The notes under the pieces were generated by a model. The model was not told the DNA's origin, did no database searches, and saw nothing but the letters and a program-made list of their open reading frames with translations. This document shows positions 15,101 to 21,773 of a DNA stretch of 64,000 nucleotides, piece after piece (position 1 is the first letter of the stretch; each line of letters starts with the position of its first letter). Where the stretch lies: positions 51,585 to 115,584 of IMG/VR virus record IMGVR_UViG_3300025057_000003. One strand, written 5' to 3'. The position numbers and the translations under genes are program-made. This DNA comes from a virus.

Positions 15101-15877
15101 ACAGCTCTTGGTACATATGCTCAATATGTTGAAGTAGATATTATGGGATCATCTGCTCAGACACCAATTGGGTTTATATTTGGAGAAAGACAAACAAATG
15201 ATAAGATTAAGGAAATAGTATCTATAGCTAATGAACCACAGATAGAACAGGGTGGTGAAATAGATAATGAATCTTATGAGTATGGAACCATAGAGGTAAT
15301 TGATAGAAAAATGGAGGATCTTTATAATAAGACTCTTGAAACAATGAGAAGACAAGCTGAAGAAGGCGGAGGTTTAATAACTAAAGCTGTGGTTGAACAA
15401 ACTGAAAAGGCTGGAATACAAGCTTGGATAAATATGAGTTTAAGTGGAATACCTAGTAAAGAAGTTGTAGCTGTTATAAATGAATTTAATAATGGCGATA
15501 GTGCAGATGTATCATATGACTCTGAAACAAAAACTGTAAAAATAGATACTGAGAATATGACAAAATCAGGAAGTTTTAAATTTGATACAGGTGAGTCAAT
15601 GACTGAAGAAAATATAGATTTATCTAAAATAGATACAAGTAATATGAAAAAGACTAGTTTTAATCTTGGAGAAACTAGTGATACACAAGGTATACCAGAA
15701 GATATTACTGAGGAAAAAGTAGAAGAGTTTTGGGATAGTTTAGCAATCCCTCAAAAAACAAAATTAAAAGAGTTATATAAAATTAATAACTTAGAAGATC
15801 TTATTAAAGAAAGTAAGAAATCATATTATCAAAATATAGATCAATTCATTGAAGAAATAAATTCATGTTTTAAATAG
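182..15877 (+). CDS. Giant virion-packaged RNA polymerase polyprotein (crAss-type two-barrel RNAP) fused with an ejection-like region and a zincin domain
   Basis: MFGIRIPSQ (~11948) and VSGADFDIDKLY (DFDID at 12065-12079) are characteristic of crAss-like/phi14:2 gp66 vRNAP. HEAFH zincin motif at 6794-6808 with downstream EEYMADEF. Gly/Ala-rich hydrophobic N-terminal segments. ATG 182 preferred over TTG 143, which overlaps the upstream gene. Confidence 0.9.
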   Translation: MSNLDNTVFNNEIANTPVGVPPDQFTFETISDLEIPADLEAFDEAVDPQYQAMLNSASDEINKTIASPIANMNNLPGAAGGRYNPAAQQEIPSPDTMEGKIRLFQNINKRTPQISKTDNIFGDNTVNIKDPTYSGIAATQFDRYYAHPAFSRLGFRPYRNNEEFYNTHSSGWEDAQRMFGQLNKLMGTGYLSSYRSWFEDDVMDLKSAIEYEDAVRIGSSSRGGFGAGLNNFVLNSGYTLGIIGSIAVEELAMWGATVALGLATPVTGGASGAAAVATGTAAAARTAYNAGRLAKAFRSIGQSFKIGKAFQATRTMVNSFKNIDKVRDLHSAVRGTGNVLGKILAPETVRAFKQLNSAKKAGENITNMAKVSKTIGGFYRDLRSMNFALSEGRMEGGSVYKEQWEKEFIIALDKNREAGLGDNLSYEQLQGVNERAKAAALTTTLFNAPVIYLSNQLLLGNAFGGYKRSINQIAREGIEGAASRVIRGKAATKVIKDTVKKQAGKEAGKQGKRQVQKQLYESVEDGFMNWRSTLKKVKSAGLRGGATMAGAAALRFTANNLSEGIQEVYQEAVAEGIKDYYTNLAFDPLAGGSDMFNASLSHGIKSQMSAQGLHTFASGFFMSTLVGGPQKLIFQTMPELYQATFNKEQYQNYKAQKEAEVTRIVDSMNEYGDALAQDPTNLFGLEKMQYATQKQAAEAMEEAQANDDLMGFIDMKDHAKFHNMFTLFETGKTDFFKEQLEDYLSLTDQELAEAFPDRKADAKSGKLRNSIQNQITKLDKMEQWFAQNKDKIQVTAKPENFEKGSREHQDEQIKFLAQRHAKYLYLFTKDGFERAAERTDAIYEKLATDPIIKDLAANDLTVFLTKDALLTEIGQLKGEVEILGDPGSKQAKKQKEKKLAHLEKIADVLYNEEYLNKDGSFDKRRIGKLMPLIGAYLDDVAKTRNGFVDNEMLLDTVKSIIDHNHLSVRQAMYDRALRVMTDPAYLDDLLTAGKLYFKFAYENRKALFREAIEKFINKQEINQLLNALADLGVYPDMDSTILFSQTGDPKDLGSFYNAEGIVNKVDDPELYEKIENAIDIYRQTATDALKKAAEKAKKEAEEEAKARTAEKASSSVDQILAEEGVDAPESKIIGKTKEESPVLDQTLQRLFSEMKALGLKKGFTINPSWEKFLESDLAKEHITAYNGLKKLWYQTLTALPEEERMNRFNKDIGFIDWLKLQGTNDLVQKVLAESAIGVGAIRIQAFIPEVEAEIRSDEKREVDSKTSDSINIQTRLIFDHSTGEQTTIFILTDKNNNIIDEEIYTSVGIDPIRANAGFRTRKEANDAIKLMANLVPVTASFTFDGQTLTYADVVEDINTKKKYVIISDANTVDRYGNLLLMKIEDIGKLNPKQAIAKAVKSKELNLSEGDFQKRFATEQLNAGIASLPANVTKLNVREATRLIPHRTNFDTNFPENEELARRRYDFIIKNLTPEQLKQLKVKVRVRPDGGKDIGYVKFEDKAANPFIKKTRAPYDIEIIVPDEILSPILEKLPKEIKKPEGNALGYIPNGNVVLLDRTNGTVINPLSITADQVKDLFDITGSSKEQAAEDIKQNFAIQFTIMNSIAEKLGDSAEMEMSLEDIGGVNFFSTPGAMLFDGIDKPVNDLNIRTVDGLTIILENTKLKNGKVATRLIHNGERGEGPTLQRKIKNEMDAQNPNLYEGATGTSRYTMVVKSASGVYSYFPVKTPPLSDESLQTIADTLIKRSVETAKENFTLEGKGKTQKTKLKNLQYNSTFNADLNSNESQDIPKFYIAGKPGYTFELAVTANGSVSIKVYDRKLQQSQYVGLSAEDVATYAESENKADFIKALITNYNDYLSNLDPEKVDTKKKAFFTNLKKNGALKENALKESFEELAPAEEISDAVTTQVGPSVRKKSALVANISGVDSQNIKSTPIISRTTSGVFTPSERFTDAQGKPIPKGPAMTTSTESLNIAGEIGSLEQLSDDEFTELQSKDFLTLTKDQQEYLAKRVATLKQEELTDRELTVLSSPASSLINVRAQAYKINEGQPKSNATSASTIENQKKEVSLEKQLEDLKSQLDARMNQVKENNSDLFGLALIKAIQQDSTVKSLEKKIQEVRLKQGGANKISDDLSLDDVRHIDEFAAWAASNLPEFITLDNIATLTDNMKSGGERVGAFVMSLEKIAGKERIGGKLYVGATSKYAYHEAFHSVFRLLLTKEQQEQYYKLAKKEVLAKLRGEGKSLKEEIEGLRNTDIAKYKDYSNDRMEKEYLEEYMADEFEVFKQSPRKTKTDSWIKSLFNKILEWIRNVLGNFNGPQLSLLYKDISSGKYRQAEVVSNPFTDDLFSGATIDASKLIRYKKEVLENGKELYKNLPNKQSVGIISSIAARVVDLEMKNESADFDIKDAVKKSIELYKDLYNPDNAQYRNLSIQQLLDVGNIYEAFTNYDKDILESVVDTLAIYDIKLEVIEELDEENEVEYGLRTTEQYGKDASQIGGARSLSSFLRKYIASTTLSEKDEFGNEYLSNGERLIVPVDFSVAYSGFLKAAAGTTDPIRILQKLYIFSQNNPQTRAIVERLYGDLNLVWEDQLEDGIIPAETSNNLLFQSMLKGFENFKIDYLFLHTNTKDGSVVGYSAANRDDAHTQIERWETEYKHRRRLYLADPKLKEEASDELARLLEFINTDQPINKMTNVKLAEVSKNISEALAKTMGIKLHPDYIAYTIANNITKPTKYQSALLESQKDVILIDPEAIMYMKQQFDGDADLMSQAEDEGVYNRLRRLGLGNAMFDETVGASVFKNANGDLVYSHQLPTMHLKKMAELNDIVSDPTKVAELIENEPYVATNYLLNDPAFRQMAKEGLLKITRISGSKSSKGIEVDSDGGVIEGYDRNEKGTVYGDYDPKQFLASLLSAYISGVNPKSGRLQAGVIPEGQDDMVALAPVLLRVIEASNTGDLSALPIIKAVEENAKGEAQITDQALDAYVKNITAEFDRIQRELNPYTKTKNLKPGYNADKKGQKPDLNGRAYRFANNKLILTPSNSITPDVESGKLLDSSSTITRIREGSQKLFIKTDAAAVAMGFFAEGESTNLEIGIGEETKVGKGKRRVFKQAAKDKSTFHRVKLIGKKSVNNLTLFNVEDMLGEAISDKKTNTHTKEVEIGNQTRWVESDAMKAFLLGEKEFFVYEVIENDLTNLTDEELDILEKEAVDQEDYAKAKEIADLRSYGEINYASELERILKEHAKEQEGKSEEDYETLTLEEALSKIPSDKDINLDSLKAFITERIDQEFKQFNKDINNEFYRVEEDGSVYLDLPRFISTGLKRNENSTGSEAAFENANQKLNLTNNRTHNLKQIFINDWINTTAINDLLLGDQAVSLKDGVDAVKRAKMQNAAYYSAASRISSKKHNVLNPLQKISMFAVTDPIASSIHTKENIEQADAQNWMTVKAFRYMWFGFGKLTETQSKLLDKIEAGAEISVEEIFGAAGAVKKQEMLNSKKLVYGDGKVFDKFSVIPLSKAMTSMKDKNGNWIAKPGREILHNMRVKMEQYEQDQLDQGIDTVAMVAPLSALKMMKENVSLIDDLVNPNETIIQSQGKGTDAQYMGRSLSYEAVKSGKPNRLTTDNVMDLDANYMGLQVLNPSNKEEIIDPTQIKTLLTGEQDDKATVRIDGEVVSIGALRKRYNELVSARLTQKYIDKRNLIFDIDPEYAMDQLHKSIEAKKITPDLYSFLNYAQTSLLASQSSSQLLEFFSFDEDGNPTFDFVQDSPMVEAKFKQLFLSYFSKGVMAEKIPGTGAALLSDYGFSQYRKVYSVDENNYIDRQEIIRTNDFAQNYSMSDVQMEGNDVLDLSNDDKFDVLAQRVNKLKKGEFIIVKDRLRPNMKEYNIKGEYTGVKYSEALMPAHSKEVYENLDLLKPDAAIPDSVGKMFGIRIPSQDNHSTINVKVVDFLPVFNGSTIVASRELVEVSGADFDIDKLYLQMKEYYLKDGEFFEYKNNFEDYVRYINKKVKKKGSTYAEAAMKAKKRKGKLLSDAKFEAAKKRGFDVQAIHALRILNLPLTKPEYNKYVETTGRAPFAAGYNNEILDVKFRLMGHDGVTTSADGSTPISYEAANLLPLTNPKDRTGVWEMIQTEMPELAETLAEDNLDINNLRGKGISFGNNKEGAKSIGAAVLPNLYLSLMQEVDIRLAKGRGYELNLGGQVYDGFYNYDPIKKQARTRELLEDGSEGFRKQYIISALITAMTDNAKERLAKKLGLSQNGLGIVTAMTAMGVPIKTSIGMMNHPIIRRAYELEKRAPEFEFDVKEHIEEKITSLKLAGNQYELFEDDVSVGVNQDNLIKAVNEPMLSFRNDGELEQKLDNLEEFELEDIGNKMLLDIAILEEFLKAYDIASFLRPVGDLLNLSKGFGVDTASIAKVKKARQKLKLDLTDQEMAKLPPNEVPMFDLRKVFSSDRWQTTMLDIYDEFVDSLLPKVFLNESKPFNNIFTSFQDNFKYLNKEDRAMVEKDLLSYITISGYMHWLGQNKSSVLGMPTNKLIYPEEGQTDIVDVYEKLKTVNGEKYNYFLDGFVRPERATDPGNKTGISMLTSNTLTTLNDSQRIDVQNGFKELFVDPATRYGAMQVLNYMIVKDGLQPLYRSIMNAVDPEMFAEYLGTLPNTSNVFATMSEAQMQSNFGMSFKELKLNFLKEYGLHPKTARLLKSGWAPKELVLNSKAFFTQSFGEFKKSTVENNPDKLFVIFDNQAGVGSSNNKEVRDYPNVISINIKKNAGSAETDFYNKEEESAAIQHMEAMMAYLEQAAEGYDSVVIQDRIAEEELKGILKYTPNFHENLLSKLDKLVGYKPKGLTDKDKKSERKAVNIAAKKKSVFINNTVSGRAVLTVDIEKGLSGSVNPSFKNTDDLFAERKLADPKKKGFEFTTRSQQIATAKTIFQIDSIPEGKYVQYVATFPQTIRVNVEGEGNKYFQLVRYAGPAYGEIGPGLSRGTALGTYAQYVEVDIMGSSAQTPIGFIFGERQTNDKIKEIVSIANEPQIEQGGEIDNESYEYGTIEVIDRKMEDLYNKTLETMRRQAEEGGGLITKAVVEQTEKAGIQAWINMSLSGIPSKEVVAVINEFNNGDSADVSYDSETKTVKIDTENMTKSGSFKFDTGESMTEENIDLSKIDTSNMKKTSFNLGETSDTQGIPEDITEEKVEEFWDSLAIPQKTKLKELYKINNLEDLIKESKKSYYQNIDQFIEEINSCFK

Positions 15878-15879
15878 TT

Positions 15880-18800
15880 ATGGCAGTAAGATGTATAAAT
15901 AAAAATCTAAGTGAGTTTACTGATATTGCAGATGCTTTAGGATCAGCAATACAAGCAAACAGTTTAATTGTAAGATGGCAGGATTCAAATAAAACAGATG
16001 CACTTCCTACTGTAAAGGAGGCCCTGGATTTTAATAAATCCACAATGGCTAATCATAATTTAAAAACAAAAGAGTTTGCGGGATCACTATATGGAAACTT
16101 AACTAGACTTGGTATAATTTCTAAATATCATGGTAGTTATTATATTGTTTCATCTAGAAACAGGGTATTTGATCCTTCTATACGTGACTTCAACTTAAGA
16201 AGATTGTACAGCTATTTAAGAGTTAATAACATACCAAAAGAATCTATTGTTACAATGCAAAAAGGCAAAGGTCTAGCAATAGAAATAAAGGATAATGTTT
16301 TTACTCCTAGGGATATATTACCAGCAACTAGAGGATTTAATACACCTCATTCAAGAGAAGTAGTAAGACATCTTATGCGGATGTTCCCACAGGTAAGCAT
16401 AACAATGCTATCCGTATCTAAAGCTAAAATATTATATGATTCTTTACCTGATAGTCAAAAAGCTAATGTACCATTTGACCAGGTTAATTCTTTTTATGTA
16501 GATGGTCAAGCCGTCTTAATAAAAGGTAGGGTTACTGATGATGTGGCTATAGAAGAAATGTTACATCCTTTTATAGATAGTGTATATGTAGAAAATCAAG
16601 AACTATTTAATAATCTTTTAGAAGAGTCAAGAAAAAACTTTCCTCAGCTAAGGCAAGAGATTAATGATGCTTATTCAGACAAAAGAGGATTTACTCAAAA
16701 GCATAGAGATCTTGAATTAGTTACTCAAGCTTTAAGTAGGCATTTTAACAAAGAGTATAAACAAAATGAAACTAAATCATTTAAAGATGCAGTTAAGCAG
16801 TTCTTGAATTGGTTCATGGAAATTATTCAAAACTTATCTGAATACTTAACGGGTAAACCTCTTGGTGCTAGATCTATATCAGCTAAGGCTAACTTAACAG
16901 ATATAGCTAAGTTATTAAATACATCAGATATTCAATTTAAACTTGAAAAAGTTGCGGATAGAAAAGTTAGATATAACCTAACTGGTACCGCAAAAATAGC
17001 ATATGATAATGCAATTGGTTCTTCAAATGCTGTACAAAAACAAATAATAGAAACTTTATTTCATGCTGCTGTACATTCTCCAGAAAACATAGGAAATCTT
17101 GCAGCAACTACTTTAGAAGATGGAGCGCCAATTTTAGTTTTAGATGAAGCAACTCATACATATCAAGACTTAAATAATTTGACAAGACCTTGGATGAGCA
17201 CTACAACTGCAATTAAAGGTAAAATGTCAAAAGAGCAAGAAGAAAAATACAAGTTAAATAGAGAACTTGGAAATGACTTTGATAATTTATTAAATGCACT
17301 ATCTGCAGGTTTAAGTGTAGAAGATGTAGTTAATGAAATGAAAATTCTTGATGATCAGCAAGCTAGAGATGCATACAATGATTTATCAGATCAGTTAGAG
17401 ATATTAAAGACAACACCGCAAGGAAAGGCAATTGCTCTTCCACAGGTTGTAGTATATGATGATGCAACTGGTATGGCTGGTACTATTGACTTATTATTAA
17501 TAGAGCCAAATGGAACATTGAGAATAGTAGATCTTAAGACTTCAAAAAATGGACTTAAGGATTATTCAGGATATACGCAAAGAACATTGAAGTATGATAC
17601 ACAATGGGATTTATCTGAAGAAAGTCAAATTAGACAAAAACTTGGCGTAACTAGATTATCAACCAGACAACAGCATAATACACAAGTAAATGTGTATAGA
17701 AGAATGTTGGAAAATATGGGTTATACCATATCAACAAATGATAATGCTACGTCTACAATTCATGTTAAAGTAGATGTAAAAGGTGAAGGAAAGAAGCAAG
17801 AATTTAAAGGCACATTTAAAGTTGAAGAGTCTAGGGAGCACCCGATAGATCAAAATAAAGAATATGTAGATGCAATTGTTCCTTCTAATGTAAATGAAAA
17901 TAGAAAGTCTAAGATAGATGAAGCCATGGATGGTTCACCAGAATCTTATGATCATTCATTTAAGCTAAACAATTTAACAAAAGAAGAGCAAGTTCCAGAT
18001 GATAGTGTTATACAAGATCCTGAATTTGCTATTGTAACTCAAGCTTTAAAAACTTATCAATTAGGATTAATAAAAAAGAATGATGCCATTGATCAGTTGA
18101 ATAAACAAGTATATTTAGGTAGACATAAAACAACAGCAGATCTTCAAGAGCAAATATTAAATTCAATTAGTGCTATTAATGTTGCGCTAAGTTCTGCCCC
18201 ACAAGCTAGATCTAGAATATATTCTTCATTGCTTAGAGATGCTTTGGCTCAAATGAGAGAGTTTAAATCATATGTCCAAGATCCAAAAAACTTTGGTAAA
18301 CCTGAGTATATAACTTATGTTTTAAATTTTAATAATTTCTTAGGTACTTTCCAGGGTCTATATACACTGCAAGATTCTTCAGAGTTAAACGGCACTCAAA
18401 AAAGTTTAGTACTAAACCTACAAACTGAAGCTAATGGTTTAGTGGGTGTTGGAAATTTTGATAATTATAAAGAAGGTATTATTGATAGAGCTATTCAGGA
18501 TTATGTAAGAACTGTTGTTAAAGACAAGAGTAAAAAAGATATGACTGATGATGAGCTAGATAGAATAATGAAGATTGGAGAAGAAATTGGAATCATGGAT
18601 CTAGGTACTAGAGATATGGCTACACAGCGGGATACACTTCTTGCTATAATGGATAAAATATATAAGGCCAAGAAACAAGAACTTCTAGATAAAATACAAA
18701 CACGAGAGGATTCAATTAGAAGAACAGCATTAAAGTTGCAAAAATTAGCTCCTGAAAAAGATGCTCAAAAGATGTTTGACTTTATGCTTGTATTTGATGA

Positions 18801-21576
18801 GAATGGTGAATTTACAGGACGTTATGTTCAAAAGATAGGCCGCGTTTATTACGATAAGCTTAATGAACTGCGAGATAAACTTTATGATGCAGCGGGTAAT
18901 CCTTTACAGTTTAAAGATATTACTGATGCATCAACTGCAAGTGTAGAGGATCTTGAATGGAATATTAAACTAGCTAAAATGAAGAAAGATTTTTCTGACT
19001 TCTTTAGAGCTGAAACAATAGGATTGAATGAACAACCAATTGATGGTAAGTATCATTACTATACTAAGGAGTTTAAAGATGCTAGAGCTAAGTACGAATA
19101 TTTTGTAGCTGCGGGAGATCACGGTTACTGGAGAAGAAAAGATAATATATCAGACAGAGAATGGGATAGATATCAAGCTAAATATTTTACTTCAGGTATA
19201 GAAGTAGAAACAAGAACGATTGCTAAGAGAGTTGATGGAGAGTTTACCGGTGAGGTAATTCATGACTTTGGTAAACCATTTGTACGAAATGAATATAGAA
19301 AGATTAGAGATGATGTAAAGATTGATGGTAAAGATATTAAAAGTGATAAGTATAATGCGATAATGAATGATACTTCAGCTCTTGGTATGGCTAGGAAAGA
19401 GTTCTATTTAATGTTTAAAGAATTGTTTGAAGAAGATCTATTAAAGAAACTACCTAAATCTACAAGAGATAAAATGATAGGGCGAGTTCCTGTTATTAGA
19501 GGTAGAATAACTCAAGACCTAAAGGCAAAACCTAGTATAGTAACAAAGATGTTTGCTAAAACAACCCGTGGCATCAAAAATCTTTTTAGAGAGACTGGTC
19601 AAAATAGAACAATGTTTGCTAATGAGGATGGTGAATTAGTTGACTCATTACCTATATTTTATACAGGTAGCACTAGAACAGATGCTCAGCTTGAAGCTCT
19701 TGATCTAGAAATAGAAGCTTTAAAACAAGATAGAGCAGATGGTAAAATAAAAATAGAACCATATAAAAAGAAACTTAAAGAACTTGAAGGCACAAGAGCT
19801 CAGTTAGAAAATAAACCTACCAAAGAAGAATTAAACAGAGATATGGGTAATGCTTTGTTAAAATTTGCAGGTATGGCTGAGCACTATGAAACAATGGGTA
19901 CAATTGAAGATACAATGAAAGCTTTCTTATACCAACTTGAAAAGCGTCAGTATACTACACCCGAAGGTTCTGTAAAAAAAGGTGTGAGGACTGTATTAGG
20001 ATTTCAAGAAAAGGCTTCAATTAAAGGTTCAGATTCTAGAGTTTTAACTAGAGCTAAGAAGTGGATGAACATGGTGTATTATGATAATGATCAGATAACA
20101 AAAGGTTTCTGGGAAAAGGTCTCTGATGGACTTATTCAGTTATCATCATTATCTTATGTTGCATTTAACCCATTTGGTAACTTTAATAACTACGTCCTGG
20201 GTCGGGTCAATGATAACATTGAAGCAATAGGTGGTAGATTCTTTTCAGCTAGTTCATATGCCCGTGCTAGTTTAGAATACAATAAAAGAGCTATGCCAGA
20301 TCTAATCCATAGATTGTCAGCATCTGTTAACAAGTTAGGTAAATTAAAACAAGGTGATTATGATCCAGAAAAAGCTACTAGTAAATATGAAGCTTTTGTA
20401 GAACTGTATAGAATGATGGATGATGCATCAGATATACGTGAATCAGGATCAGCTATAGATAGAGCTGGAAAATCTTTATGGAGAAGATTTTTAGATTTTG
20501 GTTATGTAATGCAAGATGCTGCAGAATGGAATGTTCAAACTAAGGTTGGTATGGCTATGATCATAGATACTAGAATCAGAAACAATGAGACTGGTGAAAT
20601 ACTAAGTTTATATGATGCATTTGATTTTGATGGAAATACAAAAGAACTAAAGTTAAAAGAAGGTTTTAAAACTATAGTTAAGATAGATCCAAAAAATGTA
20701 GATGAAAATGGAAATTCTAAAGTACTAAAAGAAATAGGAGAATATAATGATGATTTTAGATATCAACTAAGAAATGAGATCCGTGAAGTAAATAAACAAA
20801 TTCATGGTAACTACGCCTATGAAGATAGAATGGTTATTCAATCTCATACTTTAGGAAAGCTAGCAGCACAGTTCCATAAGTGGATTGCACCTGCATATAG
20901 AGCAAGATTTGAAAGAGAATATTTTGATGAAAATCTTGGCTGGATGGAAGGAAGATATAAGTCTTGGGGTAAGTTTGTATGGTATGCTTCAAAACAATTA
21001 GCTAAAGGAAATATGGCCTTTAATAAATATGCTTCAGGTTTCTTAGATGACTATGGTTATTTAAAAGATGGGGACGAGCAAGATAATCAAAGAGCTTTAA
21101 ATAAACTTCAAGGTTTTTATAGAACTACTGGTGAAATTGGTATAACAATGTTAACCCTTGTTATATTAGAATTAATGAAGACACTGTGGAGAGATGGTGA
21201 TGATGAGGATAATGAAATACTTAAAAGATTTCAAAATATAGCAATGTATCAAGCAGATAGAACATTTAAAGAACTTATATTATTCTGGCCTGTATTCGGA
21301 TCTACACAACAAATGCAAATGGTTAAGTCTCCAATTGCATCAACAAGAACCATGGGTGAACTTGGTGAGGCTTTATGGGGATCAATTGAAACTCCGTTTT
21401 ATTTCTTAACCCAAGATGAAAATGAAATTAAAGGTAATTCAAATGTATACTATCAAAGAGGTTCACGTAAGGGCTCATTAAAATTAAAGAAACAATGGCA
21501 AGATGTTGTTCCTATTTGGTATAGCATTAAGAAATGGCAAAATTATCTTGAGATGAATAACTTCTTTATTAAATAA
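15880..21576 (+). CDS. Large virion cargo/ejection protein with a PD-(D/E)xK nuclease domain and a degenerate zincin-like domain
   Basis: 1898 aa directly after the vRNAP. AGTIDLLLIEPNGTLRIVDLKTS...QVNVYRRML nuclease motifs at ~17476-17710. IEEMLHPF at 16549-16572. Helical C-terminal region typical of large polyvalent crAss proteins. Confidence 0.8.
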   Translation: MAVRCINKNLSEFTDIADALGSAIQANSLIVRWQDSNKTDALPTVKEALDFNKSTMANHNLKTKEFAGSLYGNLTRLGIISKYHGSYYIVSSRNRVFDPSIRDFNLRRLYSYLRVNNIPKESIVTMQKGKGLAIEIKDNVFTPRDILPATRGFNTPHSREVVRHLMRMFPQVSITMLSVSKAKILYDSLPDSQKANVPFDQVNSFYVDGQAVLIKGRVTDDVAIEEMLHPFIDSVYVENQELFNNLLEESRKNFPQLRQEINDAYSDKRGFTQKHRDLELVTQALSRHFNKEYKQNETKSFKDAVKQFLNWFMEIIQNLSEYLTGKPLGARSISAKANLTDIAKLLNTSDIQFKLEKVADRKVRYNLTGTAKIAYDNAIGSSNAVQKQIIETLFHAAVHSPENIGNLAATTLEDGAPILVLDEATHTYQDLNNLTRPWMSTTTAIKGKMSKEQEEKYKLNRELGNDFDNLLNALSAGLSVEDVVNEMKILDDQQARDAYNDLSDQLEILKTTPQGKAIALPQVVVYDDATGMAGTIDLLLIEPNGTLRIVDLKTSKNGLKDYSGYTQRTLKYDTQWDLSEESQIRQKLGVTRLSTRQQHNTQVNVYRRMLENMGYTISTNDNATSTIHVKVDVKGEGKKQEFKGTFKVEESREHPIDQNKEYVDAIVPSNVNENRKSKIDEAMDGSPESYDHSFKLNNLTKEEQVPDDSVIQDPEFAIVTQALKTYQLGLIKKNDAIDQLNKQVYLGRHKTTADLQEQILNSISAINVALSSAPQARSRIYSSLLRDALAQMREFKSYVQDPKNFGKPEYITYVLNFNNFLGTFQGLYTLQDSSELNGTQKSLVLNLQTEANGLVGVGNFDNYKEGIIDRAIQDYVRTVVKDKSKKDMTDDELDRIMKIGEEIGIMDLGTRDMATQRDTLLAIMDKIYKAKKQELLDKIQTREDSIRRTALKLQKLAPEKDAQKMFDFMLVFDENGEFTGRYVQKIGRVYYDKLNELRDKLYDAAGNPLQFKDITDASTASVEDLEWNIKLAKMKKDFSDFFRAETIGLNEQPIDGKYHYYTKEFKDARAKYEYFVAAGDHGYWRRKDNISDREWDRYQAKYFTSGIEVETRTIAKRVDGEFTGEVIHDFGKPFVRNEYRKIRDDVKIDGKDIKSDKYNAIMNDTSALGMARKEFYLMFKELFEEDLLKKLPKSTRDKMIGRVPVIRGRITQDLKAKPSIVTKMFAKTTRGIKNLFRETGQNRTMFANEDGELVDSLPIFYTGSTRTDAQLEALDLEIEALKQDRADGKIKIEPYKKKLKELEGTRAQLENKPTKEELNRDMGNALLKFAGMAEHYETMGTIEDTMKAFLYQLEKRQYTTPEGSVKKGVRTVLGFQEKASIKGSDSRVLTRAKKWMNMVYYDNDQITKGFWEKVSDGLIQLSSLSYVAFNPFGNFNNYVLGRVNDNIEAIGGRFFSASSYARASLEYNKRAMPDLIHRLSASVNKLGKLKQGDYDPEKATSKYEAFVELYRMMDDASDIRESGSAIDRAGKSLWRRFLDFGYVMQDAAEWNVQTKVGMAMIIDTRIRNNETGEILSLYDAFDFDGNTKELKLKEGFKTIVKIDPKNVDENGNSKVLKEIGEYNDDFRYQLRNEIREVNKQIHGNYAYEDRMVIQSHTLGKLAAQFHKWIAPAYRARFEREYFDENLGWMEGRYKSWGKFVWYASKQLAKGNMAFNKYASGFLDDYGYLKDGDEQDNQRALNKLQGFYRTTGEIGITMLTLVILELMKTLWRDGDDEDNEILKRFQNIAMYQADRTFKELILFWPVFGSTQQMQMVKSPIASTRTMGELGEALWGSIETPFYFLTQDENEIKGNSNVYYQRGSRKGSLKLKKQWQDVVPIWYSIKKWQNYLEMNNFFIK

Positions 21577-21582
21577 AAGAAT

Positions 21583-21603
21583 AGGGGGACATTACATCCC
21601 CCT
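21583..21603. terminator. Bidirectional intrinsic terminator between convergent blocks
   Basis: AGGGGGA-cattaca-TCCCCCT stem with an A-rich left flank and a T-rich right flank. Confidence 0.75.
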
Positions 21604-21621
21604 TTCTTTCTCTCTCCAGAT

Positions 21622-21733
21622 GGTACAGACACCACTCTGCACCTTATATTGTAGCTAGTAAAAAGGTAGAGTCCAGGGCTTCAACCTGCGCGGCTTTACG
21701 TCCTCTACCTTGGCCAGTGTAACACCTGACTAT
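21622..21733 (-). ncRNA. GC-rich structured element 3' of the RNR gene (unassigned)
   Basis: Three hairpins on the minus strand with G-U pairs: GUCAG/CUGGC; AAGGUAGAG/CUCUACCUU enclosing CAGG-uugaagc-CCUG; GGUGCAGA/UCUGUACC. Confidence 0.4.
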
Positions 21734-21773
21734 ATTGGAAACCCATAATAAAGTTTCTCAATCCAACACATGT

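Noticed and set aside
2605-15355. Short antisense or alternative-frame ORFs inside the vRNAP gene, and similar ones within RNR, the tail genes, PolB and the replication genes
   Set aside because: They are shadow ORFs of strongly supported genes, with biased composition and no motifs.
21663-21733. Canonical tRNA gene
   Set aside because: Only a T-arm-like hairpin is present. There is no proper D-arm, anticodon arm, TTCGA loop or CCA-type acceptor end, so it is kept as an unassigned structured element.
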